The translations under genes were made by a program, and so were the position numbers. Source: an uncultured Acidobacteriota bacterium (GTDB taxonomy: Bacteria; Acidobacteriota; Vicinamibacteria; Vicinamibacterales; CAVVIG01). From it: a DNA stretch of 64,000 nucleotides. Positions within the stretch are counted from its first letter, which is position 1. Every line of letters starts with the position of its first letter. The notes under the pieces are model-generated. The model did no database searches. It had not been told where the DNA came from and worked only from the letters and a program-made list of their open reading frames with translations. The stretch is taken from the NCBI GenBank assembly GCA_963821285.1, contig CAWGDD010000010.1, forward strand, positions 530,715 to 594,714, written 5' to 3'. This document shows, piece after piece, positions 19,291 through 28,248 of the stretch.

Positions 19291-21709
19291 GCTCGGGTCG
19301 GAAGCTTCTGCTCGAGCCAGCCGCGAATCGCGTCGAACACCTCGCGGCGGTTGTTCTCGAGCATCATGAAGTGCCCGTTGCCGAGGATCCCCTTGTCTTT
19401 CAGGTTGAACTCCTCGGCATCCACGCCCGCCTGCTTCAGGAACGCGACCACGGGCGCGCCGTTCCTGCCCGAACGCTCGGCGACGACGTAGATCGTCGGG
19501 ATGTTCTGGAGGTTCTTGAGCTTCCGCGCGGGATCGGCCTGGAGCTTGTACGTCGCGCCGCCGGCGCCCGTCACGTCGCGCGTCGCGAGCTGCGACGGAT
19601 CGGCGGCGGGCGGATCGTAGACCATCGGCACGTCGGTGAGCCCCCACGGCGTGCCCGCCGCAAACGGCTGGCCGCCGCCCTCGACGTTGATGATCGCCTT
19701 CACCAGATTCGGCCGCTCGTTCGCGACGATCCAGCTGAACGGCCCGCCGGCCGAATGCACCTGGATGATCGCGGGGCCGATCCTCTCGAGCAGTTCCGCG
19801 CCGCGGCTCGCCCACAGCGTGTGCGCGAAGACGTTGTCCTGCGGCGCGGCGTTCTGCCCGGCGAGCACCTGATCGAGCAGCGGGTCGCCGTTGTCGCCGG
19901 TGCCGGGCCACTGGTGGTTCGGCCCGACGGCCGCGCGGCGCGTGTCGCCCGCGATCGCGGCGTAGCTCACGTTGCCGCCGATCGGCCCCAGCGAATCGGG
20001 GTGATACGGCGAGCGCCCGTGTCCCGGCCGGTCGACGAGGTAGACGCGGTAGCCTTCCTGCACGTAGTAGTGCGCCCACCCGGCCTTCTCGCCGACGCCC
20101 ATGTAGTGCAGCGCCGTGCCGCCGCCGCCGTGCACGAGCACGATCGGATACGGGTGGCGCACCTGCGCCGGCGTGAAGTACTGCACGAACATCTGACCGG
20201 TGATGATCGTGCCGTACGGCATCTTCTTGTGCTCGGTGCCGACCCAGAAGTAGCCGGTGTCGGCGAGCTTCATGGCCGTCGAGTCTTCCTTTCTGGCCGG
20301 CGGCTTCGGGTTCGACGGCTTCGCGCTTCCGTTCACGTTCTTGTCGATCCACGCGAGGATCGGCTTCAGCACCTCGCGGTTGTTCTTCTCGACCATCATC
20401 ATGTGGCCGTTGCCCTGGATGCCGAGCGTGACCAGCCGCATTTCCTCGGCCTTGCAGCCCGCCTGCTTGAAGTACGCGACGCCGCCGGGGTTGCCCGGCG
20501 ACGCAAACGACGCCTCGGCGGTGACGATGACGATCGGGATGTTCTGCAGGTTCTTCAGCTTGCGCGCGGGCTCTTCCTGCAGCTGATACGCGTTCACGCC
20601 CGGCTCGGGCGACTCCACCCGCTTCAACTTGATCTCGGACGGATCGGAAACCGGCGGATCGTACGCGACGGGAATCGTGGACATGCCCCAGACGTTGGCG
20701 CCGCCGAACGGCTGGCCGCCGCCTTCGATCGCGACGATACCCTTCACGAGGTTCGGACGGATTTCGGCGACGAGCCAGCCGAAGGGCCCGCCGGCCGAAT
20801 GGGTCATGATGATCGACGGACCGATCTTGTCGAGCAGCATCGCGCCGCGCTGACGCCAGACCATGTGCTGGCTGTCGGGTCCGCCTGCGGGCATGCCGGT
20901 CGCGCCGAGCACCGGAGGCACGGTGGGGGCCGGTGAGGTACCGCGCCGCGTCCAGCTGCGCCGGGAGCCGCACCACGTCCGGCGCCGCCGCGACCGCCCG
21001 CACCTGGCGGCGGCGCACCGAACCCGGCGACCTGGACGTACGAGCCGCCTTGCGAGGCGACGAGCTGGTCGAGATCGCGCGAGCCGAGCTCGCCGGTCCC
21101 CGGCCACTGGTTGTGCAGCTTGCGCAGGTCGTTGACCGCGGGCCGCGCCGCGTTGGGCGGCGTGAACTGCCCCGACATCTGCTCGAGCGGCAGGTTCTGC
21201 GCGGGGAACGGACCGTCCACGTCCGGATGAAACGGCGATCGGCCGTGGCCCGGACGATCGACCACGTAGACCTTGTAGCCTTCCTCGAGGAGTATCTGCG
21301 TCCAGCCGCGGCGTCCGTCAGGCGTGCCCATCCAGTCGAGCCCCTGTCCGCCGCCGCCGTGCACGAGCACGATCGGGTACGGATGGCGCACCTGTGCCGG
21401 AATGAACGATTCGACGTACATCTGCTTGCCGTTCACGAACGACCCGCGCGCCAGCTCGATCCGCTCGACGCCCACGAAGAAGTAACTCCACTCGGCGAGG
21501 TCGAGCGGCGCGAGCGCCGGCCCGGCGGCCACGCCCGTCTGCGCGGCGGCGGCCTGGGCCGGGTCGCCCAGCATCCAGCCGGGAATCGACACGCCTGCGG
21601 CAAGCACGGCCGACGCGCCGCGGATGAAACCGCGGCGGCTCACGCGACCCGCGGTGTATTCGCGATACAGATCGAACAGGCGTGGATTGACGTAAGGGTT
21701 GTTGGACAT
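19287..21709 (-). CDS. Tat-exported fused tandem alpha/beta-fold hydrolase (two homologous units), one frameshift at a G5/C5 run near 20925-20929
   Basis: Tat-like signal RRGFIRGASAVLAAG. Unit 1 and unit 2 both carry AQVRHPYPIVLVHGGGG, GY(K/R)VY(V/L)VDRPGHGRSP(F/Y)HPD, HSAGGPF and EGGGQPF. They are joined in frame by the linker NVNGSAKPSNPKPPARKEDSTA (unit 2 Met at 20273). Unit 2 has no signal peptide of its own. Confidence 0.75.
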
Positions 21710-21719
21710 GGAATGACTC

Positions 21720-21743
21720 CGTCCGGCTAAAGCCGGACGCTAC
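21720..21743 (-). repeat. REP element, same variant stem as 19268-19290
   Basis: The plus strand reads CGTCCGGCTAAAGCCGGACGCTAC, about 10 nt upstream of the hydrolase start. Same orientation as the copy at the 3' end of the gene. Confidence 0.65.
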
Positions 21744-21807
21744 GGACAATGTGCCTGCCAGGCCAGCCCGCCCCGCCTGCGCCCGCCTGCCCTCCGTTCA
21801 GCTTGCC

Positions 21808-22640
21808 TTACAGGCCGCCGGGATACCACTTCGACGCGTCGGCTTCCTTCTTGAAATGCGTGCTGGTGATGAAGGACTGCTGCAGATACTTCGGGTCCTC
21901 CACGATAGTGGTCACCGTGAACCACTCGTCGCCGTTCGCCTCGTTGTGGCGGTCGAAGTATTCGGTGACCACGGCGTTCTCGCTGTAAGGGACGCCGTTC
22001 TTCCGCAGGTAGCCTTCCTTGAGGCGGGTCGTCACGACTTTCAGCGAGCCGCCGCCGGGGCGGTGGACCGCCACGGCCGCGGCCCGGCGCCGCGGCGCCG
22101 CCGGCCGCCGGCGCCACCGTTCCGCCGGCGGGAGCCGGAGGCGGCGGACCACCTCGGCCAGGGGCGGGGCCGGCCATCTCCCACACCGCCGCCGAGTAAC
22201 CCTGCCAGCTGGGGTCACCACCGGGCGTGCCCGTGAAGTGCAGCAGACGTGTCTGCTGGCCCGCATCGGTCTCGATCTTCAGCGTCGTGTCGTCCTGCCA
22301 CGAGATGTGCAGGCGCCCCGGCACGCGCATGATGTTGCCGGCGCCGTACGACTTGCACGCGTTGCCGGCGGCCGTGTCCTTCGCCGGATCCCAGGCGTCG
22401 GCTACCGCTCTCGCGGCGCCGTTGAGCGGGACGCTCGCGTAATCGCCCTTGGGCGGCGTCACCATGCGGAAGCGCCAGTCCTCCGTCACGATCGACACCC
22501 AGTTGCCCGTGAGATCGATCGGCGACAGCGGCGCGCGCGCTGCCCGGCACCGGCGCCGCCGCCGGCTGCTGTGCGGCCATCGACCGGCCCAGCAGCGCAA
22601 GTGCAAAGACGATCGCGCACAGACGAATAATACGAATCAT
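21808..22640 (-). CDS. secreted S-family paralog 3 (triad A, position S2), at least 2 frameshifts
   Basis: Signal MIRIIRLCAIVFALALLGRSMAAQ. N-domain DLTGNWVSIVTEDWRFRMVTPPKGDYASVPLN...CKSYGAGNIMRVPGRLHISWQDD. Gly/Pro/Arg linker. C-domain SLKVVTTRLKEGYLRKNGVPYSENAVVTEYF...EDPKYLQQSFITSTHF. Shifts near 22535 (GCGCGCGC run) and near 22055 (linker). Confidence 0.7.
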
Positions 22641-22653
22641 GCTGTCCTCAACG

Positions 22654-22676
22654 GCAGGCCTGAAGGCCTGCACTAC
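22654..22676 (-). repeat. REP element
   Basis: GCAGGCCTGAAGGCCTGCACTAC is the exact reverse complement of the consensus GTAGTGCAGGCCTTCAGGCCTGC. Confidence 0.8.
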
Positions 22677-22730
22677 ACCTGCCGGTCGACCCGCCCGACG
22701 CCCGCCGCCGACCTGCCAGACCCGCCAGAC

Positions 22731-23762
22731 CTACTTCTTCGCCTTGCTCAGATCCTTGTAGACCGCTTCGATGAACTGATCCGTCGTCCAGAAGCCGCTC
22801 GTCGCACCCCATCGCGCGTCGTAGTCGAGCGTCGGCTTCCCGGCCTTCACCTGGTCGAGCGTCTGCCCGCGCTTGACACCATCCTGAATGCGGTCGCGGA
22901 TGATCGTGATCATGTCCCGATACTCGAGCAGATCGGCTTCGTCGGTCAGGCGGCCGTGGCCCGGGATGATATAGGTGCCGCCTTCCTGCATCGCCTTCGG
23001 GATCGCGATGTCGAGCATGTTGTTCAGCGCCGCGATGATCCCGGTGATGTTCCCGCCGCGCGCCGAGTCGATGAACGGGTACGTCGTCGTGACGAAGAGA
23101 TCCCCGGCGACGATGACGTCCGACTTGCGGAAGTACACGATGCTGTCGCCGTCGGTGTGGGCCGCGGGCTGGTGGATGACCTGCAGCGACTCCCCGTTGA
23201 AGAAGAGCTCCTTCTGCTTCGAAATGTAGGTGTCGGTCGGCCACGCGGTCGTCGGGAACGGCGCCTGCTGGCCGGTCGGCGCGCTCATGCGGTTCAGGAC
23301 GTTTTCGTGCGCGATGATACCGGCACCCACGCCCGCCCCGGCGCCCACGTTGCCGCCTGCGATCGTGCTGCCCAGCTTCCCGATGTAGTCGTTGCCGCCA
23401 ACATGATCCGGGTGCACGTGGGTGTTCACGATGTAGCGAATCGGCTTGTTGCTCAGCGTGCGGATGGCGGCCACGACCTTCTCCGCGTTCGCCGCGAGCC
23501 CGGTGTCCACCAGCAGCACGCCGTCGTCGCCAATCTGCAGCGCGATGTTGCCGCCGGCGCCGACCAGCATGTGCACGTTGCCCTGCACGTGCAGGATGTG
23601 GAGCTCGGCGTCCGCAGCCGCGGGCGCGGCGCCTCGCCCGCCGCGGCCTCCGCCGGCGCCCGGCTGCGGAGCCTGCCGGGCCTCGCCCTGTACACCCGAA
23701 TACACGAGCGAGGCGATCGCGACAGCGGCCAGCGCGGCCAGCTTCGAGGTATTGCTCTGCAT
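22731..23762 (-). CDS. periplasmic MBL-fold metallo-hydrolase (triad A)
   Basis: 343 aa with a signal peptide. HxHxDH motif VNTHVHPDHVGGN, a later H (AAHTDGDS) and PGHG. Gly/Arg-rich insert GAGGGRGGRGAAP after the signal peptide. Confidence 0.8.
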   Translation of the reverse strand: MQSNTSKLAALAAVAIASLVYSGVQGEARQAPQPGAGGGRGGRGAAPAAADAELHILHVQGNVHMLVGAGGNIALQIGDDGVLLVDTGLAANAEKVVAAIRTLSNKPIRYIVNTHVHPDHVGGNDYIGKLGSTIAGGNVGAGAGVGAGIIAHENVLNRMSAPTGQQAPFPTTAWPTDTYISKQKELFFNGESLQVIHQPAAHTDGDSIVYFRKSDVIVAGDLFVTTTYPFIDSARGGNITGIIAALNNMLDIAIPKAMQEGGTYIIPGHGRLTDEADLLEYRDMITIIRDRIQDGVKRGQTLDQVKAGKPTLDYDARWGATSGFWTTDQFIEAVYKDLSKAKK

Positions 23763-23772
23763 GCGCGGACTC

Positions 23773-24672
23773 CTACCGGCCGGCCGCTGCGGCCGGCGTC
23801 ATGTTCTGCAGCTTCAGCATGTACTCGGGATACATCGTCTCGGCGCCGCCGCGCGTCGGCTCGAACGGGAGCTTTTCCTTCACGGCGAACTCACGCAGAA
23901 ACGTGTTCGAGCCAGGCAGGTGATGCGGCACGTAGCCCTGCTCGCGTTGGATTTCGGCGACGTACTGGCACGGATATGGCGCGATCTGCTGATGCGGATC
24001 GAGGCCCCAGTTGGTCGTGCGCACGAACGGCTCGGTCAGATACACCGGATCGCTGATGACCGAGATCAGCGTCAGGTAGTTGTCGTGGCGCACGAAGTGC
24101 TCGGTGAGCACCGCCTTGTCGCTGCGCGGGATGCCATTACGGCGAATCCATCCCATCTTCAGGTGCGTGGTCGTCACCGTCAGCATGTCGCCGTCCCACT
24201 TGCCGGTCGAGAACCCCTGCCACGTATGCGCCGCGTACTCCGGCGGATGCGGGCGGCCGTCCATCCAGATCGTCCGTTCGGGCTGCTGCCACGAGATGTG
24301 CGTGTGGATCGCCACGAGCTGCTGCGAGGGACCGTCGAACTCGCGCCAGATGCGCAGGTTGGCGGGGCCGCGCGGCGAGTAGTCGGCGGGGTGCGGCTTG
24401 CACTGATGTTCGGGTAGCGTCAGGAGGGACGCGTCCCAGCTGTCTCCGTGCAGACGCCCCGCTTCGTTGATCGGCAGGCCGAGGTAATCGCCGATGTCCG
24501 GCCCCGGAATGCGCTCCGGCTGGTCCTCGTGGAAACGCGGCGCCCACTCGCCCGACAGGTCGGTCCCGATGGAGGGTCCCGGAGGGCCCTGCGCCAGCAC
24601 GGGCACGACGACGCTGGCGGCCGCGGCGACCAGCAGCGCGGAAACGAACGCGGTCGAAAGTTTGTGTGCCAT
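23773..24672 (-). CDS. secreted S-family paralog 4 (triad A, position S1)
   Basis: 299 aa with a signal peptide. LSGEWAPRFHEDQPERIPGPDIGDYLGLPIN...CKPH...TWQGFSTGKWDGDMLTVTTTHLKMGWIRRNGIPRSDKAVLTEHF...SDPVYLTEPF. Confidence 0.75.
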   Translation of the reverse strand: MAHKLSTAFVSALLVAAAASVVVPVLAQGPPGPSIGTDLSGEWAPRFHEDQPERIPGPDIGDYLGLPINEAGRLHGDSWDASLLTLPEHQCKPHPADYSPRGPANLRIWREFDGPSQQLVAIHTHISWQQPERTIWMDGRPHPPEYAAHTWQGFSTGKWDGDMLTVTTTHLKMGWIRRNGIPRSDKAVLTEHFVRHDNYLTLISVISDPVYLTEPFVRTTNWGLDPHQQIAPYPCQYVAEIQREQGYVPHHLPGSNTFLREFAVKEKLPFEPTRGGAETMYPEYMLKLQNMTPAAAAGR

Positions 24673-24789
24673 GTCAGTTCAGAATCCGGCGCGACGTGCG
24701 CCCGGTGGGCGTGCATTTTACGATTAGTGCCCCCCGAACACCAGAAACCCCTTTGACATAGGTCCTTGCGCAATCGGTATCGCCCGATT

Positions 24790-25239
24790 TCAAAAGGATT
24801 TTCCAAAGAACTGGAGCACGCGGCCCCAGTACATCACACCGACCCAGAGGAACAACGACACGGCCGCACTCACCTTCGCGCCGGATGGCGCCTCCTCCCC
24901 CGCCTCGACCCCGTCCGCGGCACGCTTGAGGCCCGTCACGTAATACAGGAAGGCGTTCAGGCAGGCCAGAAGGATAAAGAACATCTTGGCGACAAACGAC
25001 AGGCTGAGCGGCGGCCCGACATACTGGCCGGGGTTCGCGGCGATGAAGACCACTCCGCTTCCGAGGCTCATGACGAACCCCAGCAGGGCCCACGGCATCA
25101 GGCGCTGCAGCGGCGCCACGGGCAGCCGTTTGGCCATGCCGAGCAGGCGCAGGTCGAGGATTCCGGCAAAGCCAATCAGCATCGCCATGCCGATGAAGTG
25201 CAGGCTCTCGCAGACCGGGAGGATCCAGCTGGCGATCAC
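24790..25239 (-). CDS. small 4-TM membrane protein, H...DLRxLG family (X3)
   Basis: Putative GTG start (MIASWILPVCESLHFIGMAMLIGFAGILDLRLLGMA...). The C-terminal YWGRVLQFFGKSF resembles the other family members. Confidence 0.55.
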   Translation of the reverse strand: MIASWILPVCESLHFIGMAMLIGFAGILDLRLLGMAKRLPVAPLQRLMPWALLGFVMSLGSGVVFIAANPGQYVGPPLSLSFVAKMFFILLACLNAFLYYVTGLKRAADGVEAGEEAPSGAKVSAAVSLFLWVGVMYWGRVLQFFGKSF

Positions 25240-25253
25240 GTCAGAAGTCGGCC

Positions 25254-25739
25254 CTAGAAGTATGCAATGTAGCGCCCGGCCGTGATGGCACCGAACCAGC
25301 ACAGGATCGACGCGGCGGCGAGGTACCGGCTGGAGGCGCTGGACACATCCACGCCGGCGGCATCAACAGCGGCCGACCGGAACACACGGCGCCGGATCGC
25401 GATCGTGATCCCCGCGGCGAGAAACACCAACGTCATCTTGACGAGGTAGGCCGGGTTCTCGAGTTTCGCCGTCGCATCGCTGAAGAACAGCACCGCGCCC
25501 GACGCGGCGTTGACGGCAAACGCGATCCAGATCACCCTGAAGAACGTGTCAAAGGGCGCGAGAGGGAGCCTGCGCCCGACGCCGAGGATCCGCAGGTCGA
25601 TCGCCACGCTGGGCCCGACGGTGAACGACAGCCCGACGGTGTGCAGAAACAGCAGCGTCGGGTAGCCCCAGAGAGACGGCGACTCCTTCAGCCAGCTCGC
25701 CCACGCGCTGCCCTCGATTGACTGCAGCCAGCCCATCAT
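25254..25739 (-). CDS. small 4-TM membrane protein, H...DLRxLG family (X2)
   Basis: MMGWLQSIEGSAWASWLKESPSLWGYPTLLFLHTVGLSFTVGPSVAIDLRILGVG...ITAGRYIAYF. Close paralog of 26861-27352. The start overlaps the micro-ORF stop (ATGA). Confidence 0.7.
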   Translation of the reverse strand: MMGWLQSIEGSAWASWLKESPSLWGYPTLLFLHTVGLSFTVGPSVAIDLRILGVGRRLPLAPFDTFFRVIWIAFAVNAASGAVLFFSDATAKLENPAYLVKMTLVFLAAGITIAIRRRVFRSAAVDAAGVDVSSASSRYLAAASILCWFGAITAGRYIAYF

Positions 25740-25831
25740 GACTCGTTCATTCTGTTGATCAGGTACGCGGCCGCACCGACGACCAGCACGGCGGCCGAAA
25801 CGGCGAGGCAGACGGTGAGCCAGAGCGCCAT
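25736..25831 (-). CDS. candidate 31-aa single-TM micro-protein
   Basis: MALWLTVCLAVSAAVLVVGAAAYLINRMNES. The ATG lies 2 nt after the X1 stop and its stop overlaps the X2 start, a translational-coupling geometry. Confidence 0.35.
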   Translation of the reverse strand: MALWLTVCLAVSAAVLVVGAAAYLINRMNES

Positions 25832-25833
25832 TG

Positions 25834-26789
25834 TCAGAACGCGTTGCCGATGAACGGCAGCATGTGGCCGCAGAACAGGACGGCGGCCCACAGAGCGATC
25901 GCCGACGCCGCCGCGACCTTCGACGGCAGCGGCGCATCGTCGCCCGATCCGACGGCCCAGACGTCGTCTTCGAGCATGAAGTACAGGAGGTTGATCCCGC
26001 CGAGCACGACGAAGAGGATCTTCCAGTAGAACGTCTTGTTGTGAATGTACTGCGGCAGGGCGCCGAGGAAGAAGCAGCAGGCCGGTCACGAGATTCAGGC
26101 CGAAGCCGAGCATGCCGAGCGGCAGCAGCTGATAGACGGCGGCGTACGGCAGGCGCTCTGGCCACGCCGAGCAGCCGCAGGTCCACGATGAGCACCACGG
26201 TGAACAGCAGGCTCAGGCCGATGAAGTGCAGCGTCTCGGCCGTCGGCCACACCCACGAATGACCGGACACGAACATGCCGATCGCCTGCGCGGTGCCGGC
26301 CACGGCATCTTCGCCGGTCGATGCCGCCGCGCGAATCTCCGGGTGGTGAATCTCGCCGCCGAGTTCGGCCGCGCGCGCCATCAGGCCGAACGCCACGACC
26401 GCCGACAGCAGCACGACCGGCAGCTGCCAGCGATCGAGCCTTGGCACGCGACGCCACTGCCAGAGCGCCAGCCAGGCCAGAAAGCCGGTGATCTCCATGA
26501 CCGCGAACGCCAGAAGCGCGGCGTCCTCGTGCGCGCGCACGGCGCGAGGCGAGATGTCAGACCGATCCTGCACGACCGCCTCGGCGGCGTTCCCCGACAG
26601 GTAGGCCGCGATGGCGACGACGGCGACGACGAAGAACATCACGAGGCCGGCGCGCGTCAGGTCGTCGTGCCGTTTCAGCCGGGCGACGACGAAGAGCGCG
26701 AGCGCGACGCCGAACCCCACCGTGGGCACGTGATTGAGCCACATGTGCACGTGCGCCGGGTTCGACAGCATCTGGAGCATTTCATTCAC
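25834..26789 (-). CDS. two-module membrane protein (X1): N-terminal 4-TM module fused to an H...DLRxLG module, 2 frameshifts
   Basis: N-module MNEMLQMLSNPAHVHMWLNHVPTVGFGV...AAELGGEIHHPEIR. C-module WVWPTAETLHFIGLSLLFTVVLIVDLRLLGVA, then LPYAAVYQLLPLGMLGFGLNLVTG, then FFLGALPQYIHNKTFYWKILFVVLGGINLLYF...CGHMLPFIGNAF, recovered across three frames (shifts near 26153 and 26070). Confidence 0.6.
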
Positions 26790-26792
26790 GAA

Positions 26793-26850
26793 GTAGTGCA
26801 GGCCCTTTCAGGGCCGCTCTTCAGCTGGCAGGGCTAAAGGCCTGCACTAC
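26793..26850. repeat. REP doublet in inverted orientation (REPIN-like)
   Basis: GTAGTGCAGGCCCTTTCAGGGCCGC (26793-26817), a 10-nt spacer, then GCAGGGCTAAAGGCCTGCACTAC (26828-26850). It lies exactly between 26861-27352 and 25834-26789. Confidence 0.8.
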
Positions 26851-26860
26851 TACACCAGCG

Positions 26861-27352
26861 TCAGAGTCCGCTCACCGGCCCCACGTACGCGAGCAGACGG
26901 CCGGCGGTGATCGCGCCCAGCCAGCACACGAGGGATGCCGCGGCCAGCGCCTTCGCGCCGGATGTCACCGGAGCGGGCTCGGATTCGGGCCCGCGGAACA
27001 CGCGCGCGTCAATCGACCGCCGGACGATGACGGCCGCGAAGATGAACGCCATCTTCACGAAGAAATCGGGGTTGGCCAGCTTCGTGGTGGCATCGGCGAC
27101 GAGCAGGATCGTCCCGGTGGCCGCGTTGACAGCGAACGCGACCCACAGGGCCGGCAGGAACCTGCGCATCGGCGCCAGCGGAAGCGCCGGCGCAAAGCCG
27201 AGAATCCGCAGGTCGATGCCCGCGGCGAGGCCCACGACCACGGCCATTCCGCAAGTGTGCAGGAGCAAAATGCCCGGGTACGCGAACAGCGACCGCGACT
27301 CGCGTACCCAGGCCGACAACCCGGTTTGCTCGAGGTACGCGAGGAACTCCAA
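26861..27352 (-). CDS. small 4-TM membrane protein, H...DLRxLG family (Y3)
   Basis: 163 aa. FAYPGILLLHTCGMAVVVGLAAGIDLRILGFA...ITAGRLLAYV. Confidence 0.7.
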   Translation of the reverse strand: MEFLAYLEQTGLSAWVRESRSLFAYPGILLLHTCGMAVVVGLAAGIDLRILGFAPALPLAPMRRFLPALWVAFAVNAATGTILLVADATTKLANPDFFVKMAFIFAAVIVRRSIDARVFRGPESEPAPVTSGAKALAAASLVCWLGAITAGRLLAYVGPVSGL

Positions 27353-28238
27353 CTACGGCTTCGCCGGCACGTCGACCGGCGGATCGATCTTGCAGGGCGA
27401 GGGATTCCATTTCGCCCCGTCTTTCTCGAGCTTGAAGTGCGTGCTCGTGATGAACGGCACCTGCAGGTACTTCGCATCCTCGACGACGGTCCGCACCAGC
27501 AGCACGATGTCGCCGTTGGGCTCGGGCCCGACCTTGTCGAAGTATTCCGTGATCGACGCGTTCTCGCTGTAGGGCACGCCGTTCTTGCGCAGGTAGCCCT
27601 CGCGGAAGTTCGTCGTGACCACGTGCAGCGAGCCGCCGCGCGGCGGCGCCGCTCCTCGCACGTCCACCGCCCCCGCCTCCACCCCCGCGTCCGCCGCGGC
27701 CGCCGGCTGGCGGAGCCACCGGGATGCCGTTGCGATCGACGGCGACCGACTGGCCTGCGATTTCCCAGTTGGCAGCGGAATACCCCTGCCACGTCTTCGG
27801 GGCTTTCGCCACGGTCTTGTCGGCGAAGTTCAGCAGGCGCGTCTGCGTGCCGGCATCGAACTCGAGCTTGAGCGTGGTGTCGTCCTGCCAGGTGATGTGC
27901 ATGCGGCCGGGCATCCGCATGATGTTGCCCACGCCGTACGGCTTGCAGGCGAGACCGCCCGCCTCGTCTTTGGCCAGGTTCCAGGTGTCAGCCACGCGAC
28001 GGCCTTCGTCGTTAATCGGCACGCTCGCGTAGTCGCCCTTGGGCGGCGTCAGCATGCGCCAGCGCCAGTCTTCGGTGATGAGGGCCACCCAGTAGCCGGT
28101 GATGTCGACGGGCGCGATCGTTCGCGGTGTGCGCGGCGGCGCGGGTGGCTGTGTCGCGGGGGCGGCCGGCTGTTGAGCACCCGCCGTCACGCCGACGACG
28201 AGCGCAATCGCGAACGCGAACGCGATTCTGATCTTCAT
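27353..28238 (-). CDS. secreted S-family paralog 5 (triad B, position S2), frameshift in poly-Gly linker near 27670
   Basis: Signal MKIRIAFAFAIALVVGVTAGAQ. ITGYWVALITEDWRWRMLTPPKGDYASVPIN...CKPYGVGNIMRMPGRMHITWQDD. Linker GGRGGRGGGGGGGG. C-domain SLHVVTTNFREGYLRKNGVPYSENASITEYF...EDAKYLQVPFITSTHF in the frame of ORF 27353..27682. Confidence 0.7.
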
Positions 28239-28248
28239 CCAATCACTC

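Noticed and set aside
24673-24789. Internal promoter in the 117-nt gap between the membrane-protein block and triad A. A TAAAAT box is present on the minus strand and TTGACA on the plus strand.
   Set aside because: TTGACA is on the wrong strand for the downstream genes. The minus-strand -10-like box has no -35 partner at 16-18 nt. This remains unresolved without TSS data.
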